From positions 27,156 through 91,155 of the forward strand of contig JBBIJD010000001.1 in NCBI GenBank assembly GCA_037446135.1: DNA of 64,000 nt, in the 5' to 3' direction. The DNA is from Candidatus Fraserbacteria bacterium. Its GTDB lineage: Bacteria > Bipolaricaulota > Bipolaricaulia > RBG-16-55-9 > JANLFV01. This document shows positions 41,970 to 52,189 of the stretch, piece by piece. The translations under genes were made by a program, and so were the position numbers. Under the pieces are notes generated by a model that was given only the letters and a program-made list of their open reading frames with translations, ran no database searches and had not been told where the DNA came from. Each line of letters opens with the position of its first letter. Position 1 is the stretch's first letter.

Positions 41970-43691
41970 ATGGGCGAAATCTTAAGATACCTCTGGAGAT
42001 ACCGCTTCCGGATCCTTTTGGGGATCGGGGCACTCTTTATTGTCGATGGGGCCCAGCTCGTGGTCCCCTTGATCACCAGGAAGGTGGTCGACGAGCTGAC
42101 GGCCGGGCGGGGCACGGACCTCTGGCGCTATGCCCTCTATATCGTCGGGCTCGCGGTGGTGATCCTCCTCTTCCGGTTCTACTGGAGGTATTTCATCTTC
42201 GGGAGCGCGAGGAAGATCGAGTTGGACCTCCGCGAGCGGCTCTATGCCCATCTTCTGACCCTCTCGCCCCAGTTCTATAACCGGACGCGGACCGGGGACC
42301 TCATGGCCCATGCGAACAACGATGTCGATGCCGTGAGGATGGCCTGCGGGATGGGCCTTTTGGCCCTGGCCGATGCTTTAGTGATGGTCTCCTTCTCGCT
42401 CGCGGCGCTCTTGGCGATCAATACCCGGCTGACCTTATATGCCTTTATCCCGCTCCCGTTCATCACGGCGATCGCCCTCGGCTTCGGGAGGGTGATCCAT
42501 CGCCGATTCCAAGCGGTCCAGGCGGCCTTCTCGACCCTCACGGAGAGGGTCCGGGAGAATATCGCCGGGATCAAGGTCCTGAAGTCCTTCGCTCAGGAGG
42601 AGGGAGTGGCACGGGACTTCCGCCGGACCAATCAGGAGTTCGTGGAGAAGAATATGAAACTCGTCCGGGTCTGGGGCTTCTTCGACCCGGCGATCGCCTT
42701 CCTCGCTGGCCTCTCGACCGCGATCGTCCTCTGGCTCGGGGGGAGGGGTGTGATCCTGGAGGAGCTCAGTTTGGGGGACTTCGTGGCCTTCACATCTTAT
42801 TTGGGGATGCTCACCTGGCCGATGATGGCCCTCGGCTGGGTCGTCAATCTCCTTCAGAGGGGGACGGCCTCGATGGATCGGCTCATGCGGGTCCTGGCGG
42901 AGAAGCCGGAGATCACAAGCCCGGCACGCCCTAGGCCCCTCCCGGGGAGAGGGGAGATGGAATTCCGTGCCCTGACCTTCGCTTATGACGACGGCCCACC
43001 GGCCCTCCGTGGGATCGACCTCCGCATCGAACCGGGGATGGTCCTCGGGGTAGTTGGGCTCACCGGCTCGGGGAAGTCGACCCTGGTAGACCTCTTAACG
43101 CGGCGGTTCGATCCCCCGCCCGGGACGGTCTTCATCGACGGGGTCGACATCCGCGAGGCCGATCTCCGCGAGCTGCGGGGGATGATCGGGATGGTCCCCC
43201 AAGAGGTCTTCCTCTTCTCTGCTACGATCCGGGAGAACATCGCCTTCGGCCGACCGGAGGCCACTGAAGAGGAGATCATCAAGGCGGCCAAGCTGGCCGG
43301 GCTCTGGGAGGAGATAGAGGAGTTCCCCCAGGGGCTCGACACCGTCGTCGGGGAGAGAGGGCTGGCCCTCTCGGGTGGCCAGCGCCAGCGGGTGGGGATC
43401 GCAAGGGCGCTGCTGCGCGACCCGAAGATCCTGATCTTGGACGATGCCCTCTCCTCAGTCGACGCTCGGGTCGAGGAGCTGATCTTGGAGAACCTTCGGG
43501 AGGTCCTCCGGGCGCGGACCTCGATCATCATCTCCCATCGGATCTCCGCGGTCCGCTGGGCCGATAAGATCGTGGTCCTCGAGCGAGGGAGGATCATCGA
43601 GGAGGGGAGGCATGAGGAGCTGCTGGCCCTCGGCGGGCTCTACTCCCGGCTCCACCAGTTGCAACAGTTGGAGGAGGCCCAGGTGAAGTGA
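41970..43691 (+). CDS. ABC exporter, fused permease/ATPase subunit 1 (type I exporter, MsbA/YheI-like)
   Basis: 573 aa. Six-TM N-terminal domain. GLTGSGKST, LSGGQRQRV, ILILDDALS. Confidence 0.95.
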   Translation: MGEILRYLWRYRFRILLGIGALFIVDGAQLVVPLITRKVVDELTAGRGTDLWRYALYIVGLAVVILLFRFYWRYFIFGSARKIELDLRERLYAHLLTLSPQFYNRTRTGDLMAHANNDVDAVRMACGMGLLALADALVMVSFSLAALLAINTRLTLYAFIPLPFITAIALGFGRVIHRRFQAVQAAFSTLTERVRENIAGIKVLKSFAQEEGVARDFRRTNQEFVEKNMKLVRVWGFFDPAIAFLAGLSTAIVLWLGGRGVILEELSLGDFVAFTSYLGMLTWPMMALGWVVNLLQRGTASMDRLMRVLAEKPEITSPARPRPLPGRGEMEFRALTFAYDDGPPALRGIDLRIEPGMVLGVVGLTGSGKSTLVDLLTRRFDPPPGTVFIDGVDIREADLRELRGMIGMVPQEVFLFSATIRENIAFGRPEATEEEIIKAAKLAGLWEEIEEFPQGLDTVVGERGLALSGGQRQRVGIARALLRDPKILILDDALSSVDARVEELILENLREVLRARTSIIISHRISAVRWADKIVVLERGRIIEEGRHEELLALGGLYSRLHQLQQLEEAQVK

Positions 43692-43692
43692 G

Positions 43693-45528
43693 ATGAGACG
43701 CGACTACTTCTATGAGGATGAGCGGCTCGGGAAGGCCTACGATGCCCGGCTGACCCGCCGGCTCCTCCGGTATTTGAGGCCCTACCGCGGGGTGTTCTTG
43801 GCCACACTAGCCCTGGGGCTCCTCCTGATGGCCCTGGAATTGGCCATGCCCTATGTCACTAAGGTCGCGATCGATCGCTACATGGAACCCGGGGCCGCGG
43901 CAAAGTTGCCCACCGCGGCCGCCCTCCGCGGGGTCAGCTTACTGGCCTTGGTCCTCGGCGGGCTCCTCCTCTTCCGGCTCATCTTCTCCTTCGTTCAGGC
44001 CTACCTCGCGCAATACACCGGCCAGAGGGTGATGTTCGACCTCCGCCAGGAGATCCTCCAGCACCTCTTGCGGCTCCCGGCGAGCTTCTTTGACCGGAAC
44101 CCCGTCGGGCGGCTGGTGACCCGTGCCACGAACGATGTCGCCGCGATCAACGAGATGTATACCTCCGTCTTGGTCAACCTCCTCCGAGACGGGTTCCTCC
44201 TCTTCGGGACCCTCTTCGTCATGTTCCGGCTCAACGCCCGCTTGACGATGTTCATCCTGATCCTCGCCCCGGCGATCGCCCTGACGGCCTTCCTCTTCCG
44301 GATCAAGGCCCGCGCGGCCTACCGGGCCGTCCGGAGGAGACTGGCCCAGCTCAATGCCTTCCTCCAGGAGGCGATCTCCGGGATGTGGGTCATCCAGCTC
44401 TTCGGCCAGGAGGAGCGGAGCCGCCGCCAATTCGCCGAGATCAACCGGGCCAAATACGATGCGGACATGCAGCAACTCTTCGTCTACGCTATCTTCAACC
44501 CCCTGATCAGCCTGATGCAGTCCCTGGCATTGGCCCTCCTCCTCTGGTATGGCGGGGGCGGGGTGATCCGCGGGAGCTTCACCTTGGGGGCGCTGGTGGC
44601 ATTCATCTCTTATGTCCGGATGCTCTTCCAGCCACTGGTCGATCTCTCGGAGAAATATAACATCATGCAGGGGGCGATGGCCGCGGCCGAAAAGATCTTT
44701 ACGCTCCTGGACGAGCCGGAGGAGGTGAGGGCCTCGCTCCCAGCCCCGGGCGGCCCCGAGGCCGAGACCGAGGCGGGCCTCTTCCGCGGGGAGGTAGAGT
44801 TCCAGGATGTCTGGTTCGCCTACAAGGACGAAGAATGGGTCCTCAAGGGGGTCTCCTTCAAGGTCAAGCCTGGAGAGCGGGTGGCCCTCGTCGGCCCGAC
44901 CGGCTCGGGGAAGACGACGATCATCAACCTCCTCCTCCGGCTCTATGATGCTCAGCGGGGCCGGATCCTCATCGATGGCCGAGACATCCGCGAGCTCGAC
45001 CCGCGCTGGCTCCGGGCGAAGATGGCCGTGGTCCTCCAGGATGTCTTCATCTTCTCCGGGGATGTCCTGGGGAATATCCGCCTCTTCGAGGAGGGCCTCC
45101 CGGCGGAGCGGGCGATCGAGGCCGCGAAGTTCGTCCAGGCCCACCAATTCATCAACGAGCTCCCCGCCGGATACGAGACGGAGCTGGGTGAGCGGGGTGC
45201 GACCCTCTCGGTCGGCCAGCGGCAGCTTCTGGCCTTCGCGAGGGCCGTGGCCTTCAATCCGAAGATCCTGATCCTGGACGAGGCGACGGCGAATATCGAC
45301 TCCCAGACGGAGCGGCTGATCCAAGAGGCCTTAGCGAAGGTAATGGATGGGCGGACCAGCATCGCCATCGCCCACCGGCTCTCCACGATCAGGGACGCTG
45401 ATCGGATCATCGTCTTGAGCCACGGGCGGATCGTGGAGGAGGGGCGGCACGAGGAGCTGCTGGCCCGACGAGGGCTCTATGCGGCCCTCTACGAGCTCCA
45501 GGCCCGCGCGGCGCATGTGGGAGCTTGA
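43693..45528 (+). CDS. ABC exporter, fused permease/ATPase subunit 2 (heterodimer partner)
   Basis: 611 aa. GPTGSGKTT, LSVGQRQLL, ILILDEATA. The 1-nt gap to the previous gene indicates an operon. Confidence 0.95.
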   Translation: MRRDYFYEDERLGKAYDARLTRRLLRYLRPYRGVFLATLALGLLLMALELAMPYVTKVAIDRYMEPGAAAKLPTAAALRGVSLLALVLGGLLLFRLIFSFVQAYLAQYTGQRVMFDLRQEILQHLLRLPASFFDRNPVGRLVTRATNDVAAINEMYTSVLVNLLRDGFLLFGTLFVMFRLNARLTMFILILAPAIALTAFLFRIKARAAYRAVRRRLAQLNAFLQEAISGMWVIQLFGQEERSRRQFAEINRAKYDADMQQLFVYAIFNPLISLMQSLALALLLWYGGGGVIRGSFTLGALVAFISYVRMLFQPLVDLSEKYNIMQGAMAAAEKIFTLLDEPEEVRASLPAPGGPEAETEAGLFRGEVEFQDVWFAYKDEEWVLKGVSFKVKPGERVALVGPTGSGKTTIINLLLRLYDAQRGRILIDGRDIRELDPRWLRAKMAVVLQDVFIFSGDVLGNIRLFEEGLPAERAIEAAKFVQAHQFINELPAGYETELGERGATLSVGQRQLLAFARAVAFNPKILILDEATANIDSQTERLIQEALAKVMDGRTSIAIAHRLSTIRDADRIIVLSHGRIVEEGRHEELLARRGLYAALYELQARAAHVGA

Positions 45529-45565
45529 GCCTTCGAGCCCGCAGAGCTTGTGCGCTCAGCTCAGA

Positions 45566-46387
45566 TCAGGCACGATGGGCCTCCTCTAAGCGGAGCTTTC
45601 GTCGGGGCGAAAGGAAGGAAAAGAGGAGGAAGAGCCCGCAGGCGGTGAGGGCGATGCTCGTCCCCACTGGGAGATCGGCCCAAAATGAGAGCCCAAAGCC
45701 CGTGAGCCCTGAGAGGGCCCCCAAGGCCGGGGCCAAAAAGAATTGCTGCCGAAGCTCCAAAGTAAGTTGCGAAGCCGCGGAGGCGGGGAGGAAAAGAAGG
45801 GCATAGATCAGGAGCCCGCCCACGAGGCGGAGAGAGCCCACCACCGTCGCGCCGATCAAGAAGAGGAGGGCCCAGAGGATGGGTTTGGCCGGGATCCCGG
45901 CCTCCTCGGCCAGCCTCCGCTCCACGAGCGTGGCCCAGACCTCTCGCCGGAAGAGGATGAGGAAGCCTGCGGAAGCGGCCAGCACCGCTCCTAAGACGAG
46001 GACATCACTCCAGCCCACCCCGAGGAGGCTCCCCCAGAAGAGGGTCAAAGCCGGGGAGGTCAGGGCCTGGCTCGGGCTTAAGGCGATGAAGAGGAAGCCC
46101 AGAGCCATGGTGAGCGGGAAGAGGATGGCCAAGACCGCATCCGCGGGAAGACCGGTGTAGTCCGCGACCGGGCCCAAGAGCGCGGCTACAGCCAGGGCAA
46201 AGAGGAAGGAGAGCACAAGCGGCGGGAGGCCGAGCCAGAAGGCTAAAGCCGCTCCGGCGAAGGCGGCATGGGCCATGGCATAGCCCAAGGCGGAGAGCCG
46301 CAGCCGAAGGGCACAAGAGCCGAGGAGCCCCGAGGTGGCCCCGGAGAGCAGGGCGGAGAGGAGGCTCGGGAGGATCAGCGCCCACAC
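45566..46387 (-). CDS. Metal ABC transporter permease (ABC-3 family, ZnuB/MntB/TroC-like)
   Basis: 273 aa, highly hydrophobic, ABC-3 pattern. Confidence 0.85.
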   Translation of the reverse strand: MWALILPSLLSALLSGATSGLLGSCALRLRLSALGYAMAHAAFAGAALAFWLGLPPLVLSFLFALAVAALLGPVADYTGLPADAVLAILFPLTMALGFLFIALSPSQALTSPALTLFWGSLLGVGWSDVLVLGAVLAASAGFLILFRREVWATLVERRLAEEAGIPAKPILWALLFLIGATVVGSLRLVGGLLIYALLFLPASAASQLTLELRQQFFLAPALGALSGLTGFGLSFWADLPVGTSIALTACGLFLLFSFLSPRRKLRLEEAHRA

Positions 46388-47097
46388 GGCTGGACCTCCG
46401 CCCAGATCTCGGCCAAGCGGACCTTTTGGGGAAGGGGCTGAGTCTTCCCTTCTCGGACGAGGAAGGCCCGGTCGGCCCGGGCGAGGAGCTCCTCCTCGTG
46501 GACCACCGCGAGGATGGTCAGTCCTTCATCCTTCAAGTCGAGGATGGCCTGGGCCAGGTCCAGCCGGGCTTGAGGGTCCAAAGAGGCGAAGGGCTCATCG
46601 AGGAGGAGGATCTCCGCCCCTTTGGCCATGGCCCGGGCGAGGAGGGCCTTCCGTTGCTGCCCCCCGGAGAGATGGCCGATGGGCCAATCCGCCCGCTCAG
46701 CGAGGCCGAACCGCTCCAGGGCGGAAAGGGCCCTCTTGCGCTCCTCTCGGGGGAGCCTCTGCCAAGGCCGGAGCTGGCCGAATCGGCCCATGAGGACGAG
46801 GTCGAGGGTCCGGCAGGGCGCATCCGGCGGGAAGAAGAGCTCCTGGGGGAGGTAGCCGATCCTTTTGCGGACCTCGGCCCGGTGGGCCCGAACCTCGAGC
46901 CCGAAGGTCCGAGCCCGGCCACGATAGGGGACGAAGCCGAGGAGCACCTCGAGGATCGTGGTCTTCCCGGCGCCATTCGGGCCTACAAGGAGCCCAAGCT
47001 CCTGAGGGGAGAGGGAGAGCGAGGCACCCTTCAGGGCCGCTCCTCTCCCCCCAGGATAAGCCGCCCAGACCTCCTCTAGCTCGAGGATAGGCTCCAT
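46375..47097 (-). CDS. Metal ABC transporter ATP-binding protein (ZnuC/TroB-like)
   Basis: 240 aa. GPNGAGKTT, LSGGQQRKALLARA, LLLDEP. Confidence 0.9.
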   Translation of the reverse strand: MEPILELEEVWAAYPGGRGAALKGASLSLSPQELGLLVGPNGAGKTTILEVLLGFVPYRGRARTFGLEVRAHRAEVRKRIGYLPQELFFPPDAPCRTLDLVLMGRFGQLRPWQRLPREERKRALSALERFGLAERADWPIGHLSGGQQRKALLARAMAKGAEILLLDEPFASLDPQARLDLAQAILDLKDEGLTILAVVHEEELLARADRAFLVREGKTQPLPQKVRLAEIWAEVQPCGR

Positions 47098-47510
47098 GTG
47101 AAGAGCTCCTCTTCTGGCGCGGTTAAGACCTCGTCCGTAAGGCTATCCTTAGCCCCGGAAGCGAGGAGCCGCTTCAGCCACTCCTCCTGCAAGGCCACCC
47201 GCAGGGTTTGGCCATTGGCAGAGAAGACGGCCTCCGGCCTTCCGCTCGGGAGGACCCGGAGGTTCCCCTTCCCCGCGGTGCAGCCCGTGGCCACTTGGAT
47301 CCCATCGACGAGACAAGAGATCGGCGGCTCCGTCCCGGTATGGGCCTCAGCAGCGATTCCGGTGAACCCCGAAGAGCCGAGGAGCCGCAGGGCGAGGAGC
47401 CCCATTCGGAGCCCAATCGCCAGAAATGGCCCCTTGTGGCCGTGGAGCCTCACTGCTAGAGGCATAAGCCCGGCGGGGTCGATATCTGGATCGATCCGTT
47501 CCCAGCTCAT
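47076..47510 (-). CDS. FmdE-like domain protein (formylmethanofuran dehydrogenase subunit E-like)
   Basis: 144 aa. HGHKGPFLAIGLRMG...C...C pattern typical of the FmdE-like family, which commonly sits in metal-uptake operons. Confidence 0.6.
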   Translation of the reverse strand: MSWERIDPDIDPAGLMPLAVRLHGHKGPFLAIGLRMGLLALRLLGSSGFTGIAAEAHTGTEPPISCLVDGIQVATGCTAGKGNLRVLPSGRPEAVFSANGQTLRVALQEEWLKRLLASGAKDSLTDEVLTAPEEELFTWSLSSS

Positions 47511-48406
47511 GGGGCACCTACCGGCATGAGGGCCTCGACGGCGGCGAAGATGAGCTCGGCGTTCACCCGGAGCATCGAGAGCATGTCCACTGCGCCCGGG
47601 ATGGGGCCGGGGAAGTTGGTGAGGACGATGTGGACAGCACCGATGGCCTGGGCCAGGCGGCCACCGAAGGAGACGCCGGACTGGAGGTTATCGATCACCA
47701 GCTTCACCCCGGCCTCACGGCCCTTGGCCGCAAGCTCAGTGAGGTCCTTCACGGTCAGCCGCTCCTCCGGAGGATAGGTGGCGACGATCTTCAGGCCGAG
47801 CCAGCGGGCGAACCCCTCCTGCCAGGCCATCACGATGGCCGGGACCTCCTCAAGCCTGAGCCCCCTGGCCCGGCCTTGGATCTCTTGGGCTAGGGCCTCA
47901 AGGTCCGCGAGGAACTGGTCAAGCCGGGCCTGGAAGAGCTCGGCCTTCTCCGGCCAGAGCTCCTTCATCGCTCCGGCGATGGCCTTGGCCTTTTCAGAGA
48001 GGGGCTCAGGCGAATTCCACTCGCCCCCGAGCTTGATCACCTTGGCTTGGGGGTTGATGTTGGCCAAGAGCCGCTCGATCCAGGGCTCGATCCCGTGGTA
48101 GATCACGAGCTCGGCCTTGGCGAGGTAAAGGAAGTCCGAGGGCCGAAGGTCATAGTGGGCTGGGCAGAAGCCGGCGGGGATGATGGTGATCACCAGGACA
48201 TCCTCCGCGCCGATCGTCCGGGCAAGGCTCCCGAAGACCTCGGAGGTGGCGACCACCACCGGCTTCTCCTGGCCTTGGCCCTGACCGCGGCCGAGCGGAC
48301 CGCGCACGACCGCCAGTGCTAGCAGCGCGAGAATTAAGATCCTAAGCTTGAAACCCATCTCAGCCTCCTCATCTCCTAGATAGCACCATTTTAACAAAAG
48401 TGACAC
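47507..48406 (-). CDS. Metal ABC transporter substrate-binding protein (cluster A-I, ZnuA/TroA-like)
   Basis: 299 aa in the track. The internal Met of MGFKLRILILALLALAVV is the probable start (signal peptide). TroA fold pattern (VVATSEVFGSLAR, HYDLRPSD). Confidence 0.8.
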   Translation of the reverse strand: MSLLLKWCYLGDEEAEMGFKLRILILALLALAVVRGPLGRGQGQGQEKPVVVATSEVFGSLARTIGAEDVLVITIIPAGFCPAHYDLRPSDFLYLAKAELVIYHGIEPWIERLLANINPQAKVIKLGGEWNSPEPLSEKAKAIAGAMKELWPEKAELFQARLDQFLADLEALAQEIQGRARGLRLEEVPAIVMAWQEGFARWLGLKIVATYPPEERLTVKDLTELAAKGREAGVKLVIDNLQSGVSFGGRLAQAIGAVHIVLTNFPGPIPGAVDMLSMLRVNAELIFAAVEALMPVGAP

Positions 48407-48438
48407 AAAGGGTCAAGGCTGCCGAGGGGCTTGATGAC

Positions 48439-48867
48439 CTAGCGGAGCCGCTCACCCGTCGAGGTGGCTGCCAGCTTCCCGTGCTTGACTCCCTTAAGGC
48501 CGATGAGCCGGTCGGCCAGCCCCTGGACCTCGGGCCCCGGGCCGCGGACGGTCAGGACCTCTAAGCAGTTGGCCTCGTCGAGGTGGATGTGCATCGTGGA
48601 GAGAATCAAGTCGTGGTGCTCATGCTGGAGGTCGGTCAGCCGGTCAGAAAGCTCCCGCTTGTGGTGGTCGTAGAGCAAGATTATGACCCCCACGACCTCC
48701 TCGCCCGCCTCCCACTCCCGCTGGACCAGCCTGTCCCGGACCAGATCCCTTAAAGCTTCGGAGCGGTTGGCATAGCCCATCTGGGCGATCAGCTCATCGA
48801 ATCGGGCGAGGAGCTCCTCATCCATCGAGACGCCGAAACGCACTAACTCACCCATCTTTTTCATCAT
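48439..48867 (-). CDS. nikR: Nickel-responsive regulator NikR (ribbon-helix-helix + ACT-like metal-binding domain)
   Basis: [39 protein letters not shown] (RHH). [41 protein letters not shown] (high-affinity Ni site His/Cys ligands), closely matching E. coli NikR. Confidence 0.9.
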   Translation of the reverse strand: MMKKMGELVRFGVSMDEELLARFDELIAQMGYANRSEALRDLVRDRLVQREWEAGEEVVGVIILLYDHHKRELSDRLTDLQHEHHDLILSTMHIHLDEANCLEVLTVRGPGPEVQGLADRLIGLKGVKHGKLAATSTGERLR

Positions 48868-48978
48868 ACCCGAAGGGGATGCCCCCGGCGAAGGGCCGGC
48901 CAGGCCGGGCTGAGTTGGACAACCCTTCCCCTTCTCGTTAGAGTAGTTCTGTCAGTCAGTCCAGACTCCAAGATCGAG

Positions 48979-49704
48979 GTGGTAGCGATGGCTCGAGCGG
49001 GTCCGGACCAGAAGGGGCTACGTGCGCTCCTTGGGGCGATCTATCGGAAGCCGCGGAACGAGGAACTCTTCGACCGGCTCGACGAGCTGGCCGGCTATAG
49101 CCAGGAGGCGACCCGGCTCTTCCGGCAGTTCGCCTTCGGCGACCTCCCCTTCCTGGAGGCCAAGAGCCAGATCGAGGCCGTCGAGAACAGGGCCGATGAA
49201 GCCCTCCGCCGGATCAATCAGGCCCTCTCCGCAGTCTTCCGCCCCCCGCCGGAGACGAAGGCCGGGCTGAGTGAGATCGCGGAGATGATCGATAACATCG
49301 TCGATCTCGTCCAGACGGCGGTCCGGAATATCGACTCCAGCCGGCTGATGGAGGATACCGAGGGCTTCGGGGAGTTCGCGATCATCCTTCAGAAGGCCAC
49401 GGTGGAGCTGGGGAATGCCATCCGCTGCCTCCGGCGGCACCAGGCCCAGGAGGAGGAGATGCGCCGGGCCGCCCGCGCGATGATCAGCCTAGAGCACGAG
49501 TGCGATGAGCTCCTCGCCGCGGAGATGAAGGAGCTGAGCCGACGAGAGGACGAGGCCCGGGCGAGAGGGGACGCCCTGGAGTTGGCCTGGCTCAGTGTCC
49601 TCAAAGAGCGCCGGAAGAGCGTCTATACCCCCCTGGAGGACGCGCTCGATGCGGCCAAAGATATCGGGAAGGCCCTGAGGCGCTATGTCCTGATCAACCC
49701 TTAA
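48979..49704 (+). CDS. DUF47-family protein (PhoU-like, Pit accessory)
   Basis: 241 aa, helical. Conserved pairing with the downstream PiT transporter. Confidence 0.8.
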   Translation: MVAMARAGPDQKGLRALLGAIYRKPRNEELFDRLDELAGYSQEATRLFRQFAFGDLPFLEAKSQIEAVENRADEALRRINQALSAVFRPPPETKAGLSEIAEMIDNIVDLVQTAVRNIDSSRLMEDTEGFGEFAIILQKATVELGNAIRCLRRHQAQEEEMRRAARAMISLEHECDELLAAEMKELSRREDEARARGDALELAWLSVLKERRKSVYTPLEDALDAAKDIGKALRRYVLINP

Positions 49705-49714
49705 AGGGAGGGGC

Positions 49715-50704
49715 ATGCCCGAACTGGGGTTCCTCGTTGTCGTCGTCGGCCTGGCCTGGGTGTTTGACTTCTACAACGGGATGAACGACGCGGCGAACGC
49801 GATCGCCACGACCGTGGCCACGGGTGCGCTCCCGCCGCGTCTGGCCGCATTCCTTGCGGCAGCATTGAACATGGCCGGGGCCCTCTTGACGACCGAGGTG
49901 GCCAAGACCGTGGGCGAGGGGATCATCCCCCCTGGCCTGATGAGCCAAGAGCTTCTCATCGCCGCGCTCATCGGCGGGATCGCCTGGGTCGCACTGGCCA
50001 CGCACAAGGGGATCCCAGTGAGCATCACTCATGCCCTGATCGGGGGGCTCCTCGGGGCCGGGGCCCTGAGCGTCGGCCCCTCCCAGATCAAGCTGGCCGG
50101 CTTGGCCAAGGTCGGCCTGGCAATGGTCCTCTCCCCCCTTCTGGGCTTCGTCACCGCATTCATCGTCCTCCTCGGGTTCTACTGGGCCCTGGCGGACTTC
50201 AGGCCCAGGGCCGTCAATCGAGCCCTCCGGGCCGGCCAACTCCTCTCCGCCTCCTTTGTCTCCTTCAGCCACGGCTCGAACGACAGCCAGAATGCGATGG
50301 GGATCATCACTGCCGCGCTGGTCCTGACCGGGCGGCTCGAGGCCTTCTCGGTCCCGCTGTGGGTGATCCTCGGCTCGGGGTTCTTCATGGGCTTGGGAAC
50401 CCAGCTCGGGGGCTGGAAGGTGGTCGAGACCGTAGGGATGAAGATGGCCCGGCTCGAGCCGATCCACGGGTTCAGCGCCGAGGCGAGCGGCGGATTGGTC
50501 ATCCTCCTCTCGACCCTCTTCGGGGCCCCGATCAGCACGACCCATGTGATGACCTCGGCGATCGTGGGGGCCGCCGCGGGGGAGAACCTCGGGCGAGTCC
50601 GGTTCAATTGGGTGAGACGGGTCGTGGCCGCCTGGCTCTTCACCTTCTTCGGGGCCGGGGCCTGCGCTTTGGTAGCCTATCTGATCCTCAAGCTCTTCAT
50701 GTGA
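49715..50704 (+). CDS. pit: Inorganic phosphate transporter, PiT family
   Basis: 329 aa. GMNDAANAIAT and GSNDSQNAMGII duplicated PiT signature motifs. Confidence 0.95.
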   Translation: MPELGFLVVVVGLAWVFDFYNGMNDAANAIATTVATGALPPRLAAFLAAALNMAGALLTTEVAKTVGEGIIPPGLMSQELLIAALIGGIAWVALATHKGIPVSITHALIGGLLGAGALSVGPSQIKLAGLAKVGLAMVLSPLLGFVTAFIVLLGFYWALADFRPRAVNRALRAGQLLSASFVSFSHGSNDSQNAMGIITAALVLTGRLEAFSVPLWVILGSGFFMGLGTQLGGWKVVETVGMKMARLEPIHGFSAEASGGLVILLSTLFGAPISTTHVMTSAIVGAAAGENLGRVRFNWVRRVVAAWLFTFFGAGACALVAYLILKLFM

Positions 50705-50725
50705 CCGGCCGCTTCAGTCGTTCAG

Positions 50726-52189
50726 TCAGTCGGTGAGCTGCTCGGCCAGCTCGCCCTCCTGGGGGATTGGGGCCTTCTCCTCGATGACCTTCCTCTTCCA
50801 GATCCCAGTGGAGAGCAGCGCGACCGCGAGGAGGGCCGAAGCGAAGTTGCTGATCGCCATCCCGATCCAGACCCCGGTCGAGCCCAGCCCCAAGGGGAAG
50901 GCGAAGATGTAGCTCAAGGGGAGGCGGAGGGCCCAGAGCCGGACGAGCTCCATGATCATCGTCGGGACATTGTGGCCCGAGCCGCGGAAGATGGCGTTCA
51001 CCGCGGCGAAGAGCCCGAAGAAGGGCATCCCCGGGGCGAAGAGGGCGAGGAATCTCTCCCCCTCAGCGATGATGTCCTCTCTTCCGGGGATGAAGAAGGC
51101 GATCAACGGCCTTCGAGCTAACCAGATGACCACCGCCTCCGCCACGAGCAGGAGGAACATCACGGTCGTCCCCTTCTTGGCCGCCTCGCCGGCCCGTTTG
51201 GGAAGGTCCGCCCCCAGGCTCTGGCCGAGGATCGTCGTCAGGCCCACGCCGAGCCCGTCGAGGGCGATGAAGAGCAGCCCGAGGATCCGGTCCCCGATCC
51301 CGTAGGCGGCGAGGGCCACGGTGGGATTCGGAACCCGCCCGATGACCGCCATGAGGAAGACGAACCCCAGGGCCGTCCCCGACTGGCCCACCGCGGCGGG
51401 GACCCCGATCCGGAGGATCTTCCCCACCCAGGTCCACCTCGGCCGGAGCTCAGGAAGACTAAGCTTCAGCCCCCTCCGCCCGCGAAAGAGGATCGTTAGG
51501 GCCAGGATCGAGACGAGCCCCTCGGCGATCACCGTCGCCAGGGCCGCCCCGAAGATCCCCAGCTTCGGGAATGGCCCCAGGCCGAAGATCAACAGGGGAT
51601 CGAGCCCGATGTTGAGGAGGACACCTGCGCCGTTCACGAGCATCGGTGTGACGGTATCCCCGTAAGCCGCCAAGGAGAAGTAAAAGAGGAACGGGGCGAA
51701 CATGAAGGGGAGCCCGAGGAAGATCACACGGATGTAGAGCGTCGCGACATCGGAGACCTCGCCCGCCCCGACCAGGAGCGGGAGGATATGAGGCGAGAAG
51801 AAGAAGCCCGCGACCCCGACAGCGATCCCGGAGATGAAGGAGAGGGCGAAGATCTGGCTGCAGGCCAGATTGGCCTCCGCTGGGCGCTTTGCCCCGGTGT
51901 ATTGGGAGATGAGCGCGCTCCCCGCCGCCCCGCCGAACCCCCCGATGAAGGAGATCAAGAGCCAGACGACCGGCCAGGAGATCTGGATCCCCGCGACCGC
52001 TGGACCAGATTCAGCAGGGGGGAGGTGGCCGATCCAGAAGGCGTCCGCCAGGTTGTAGAGCGTCTGGAGGACCCCGGTGACCATCCCGGGCCAGCCTAAG
52101 CGGACCATCGTCCAGATGATCGGCCCATTGAGGATCTCCTCCCGCGAGAGTCTGGCCATAATGCTTGAGCCTCCTTCCAACCAAAGCAA
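50726..52189 (-). CDS. MATE-family efflux transporter
   Basis: 487 aa in the track. The internal Met of MARLSREEIL is the probable start. Twelve TM segments with a MatE duplication. Confidence 0.85.
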   Translation of the reverse strand: MLWLEGGSSIMARLSREEILNGPIIWTMVRLGWPGMVTGVLQTLYNLADAFWIGHLPPAESGPAVAGIQISWPVVWLLISFIGGFGGAAGSALISQYTGAKRPAEANLACSQIFALSFISGIAVGVAGFFFSPHILPLLVGAGEVSDVATLYIRVIFLGLPFMFAPFLFYFSLAAYGDTVTPMLVNGAGVLLNIGLDPLLIFGLGPFPKLGIFGAALATVIAEGLVSILALTILFRGRRGLKLSLPELRPRWTWVGKILRIGVPAAVGQSGTALGFVFLMAVIGRVPNPTVALAAYGIGDRILGLLFIALDGLGVGLTTILGQSLGADLPKRAGEAAKKGTTVMFLLLVAEAVVIWLARRPLIAFFIPGREDIIAEGERFLALFAPGMPFFGLFAAVNAIFRGSGHNVPTMIMELVRLWALRLPLSYIFAFPLGLGSTGVWIGMAISNFASALLAVALLSTGIWKRKVIEEKAPIPQEGELAEQLTD

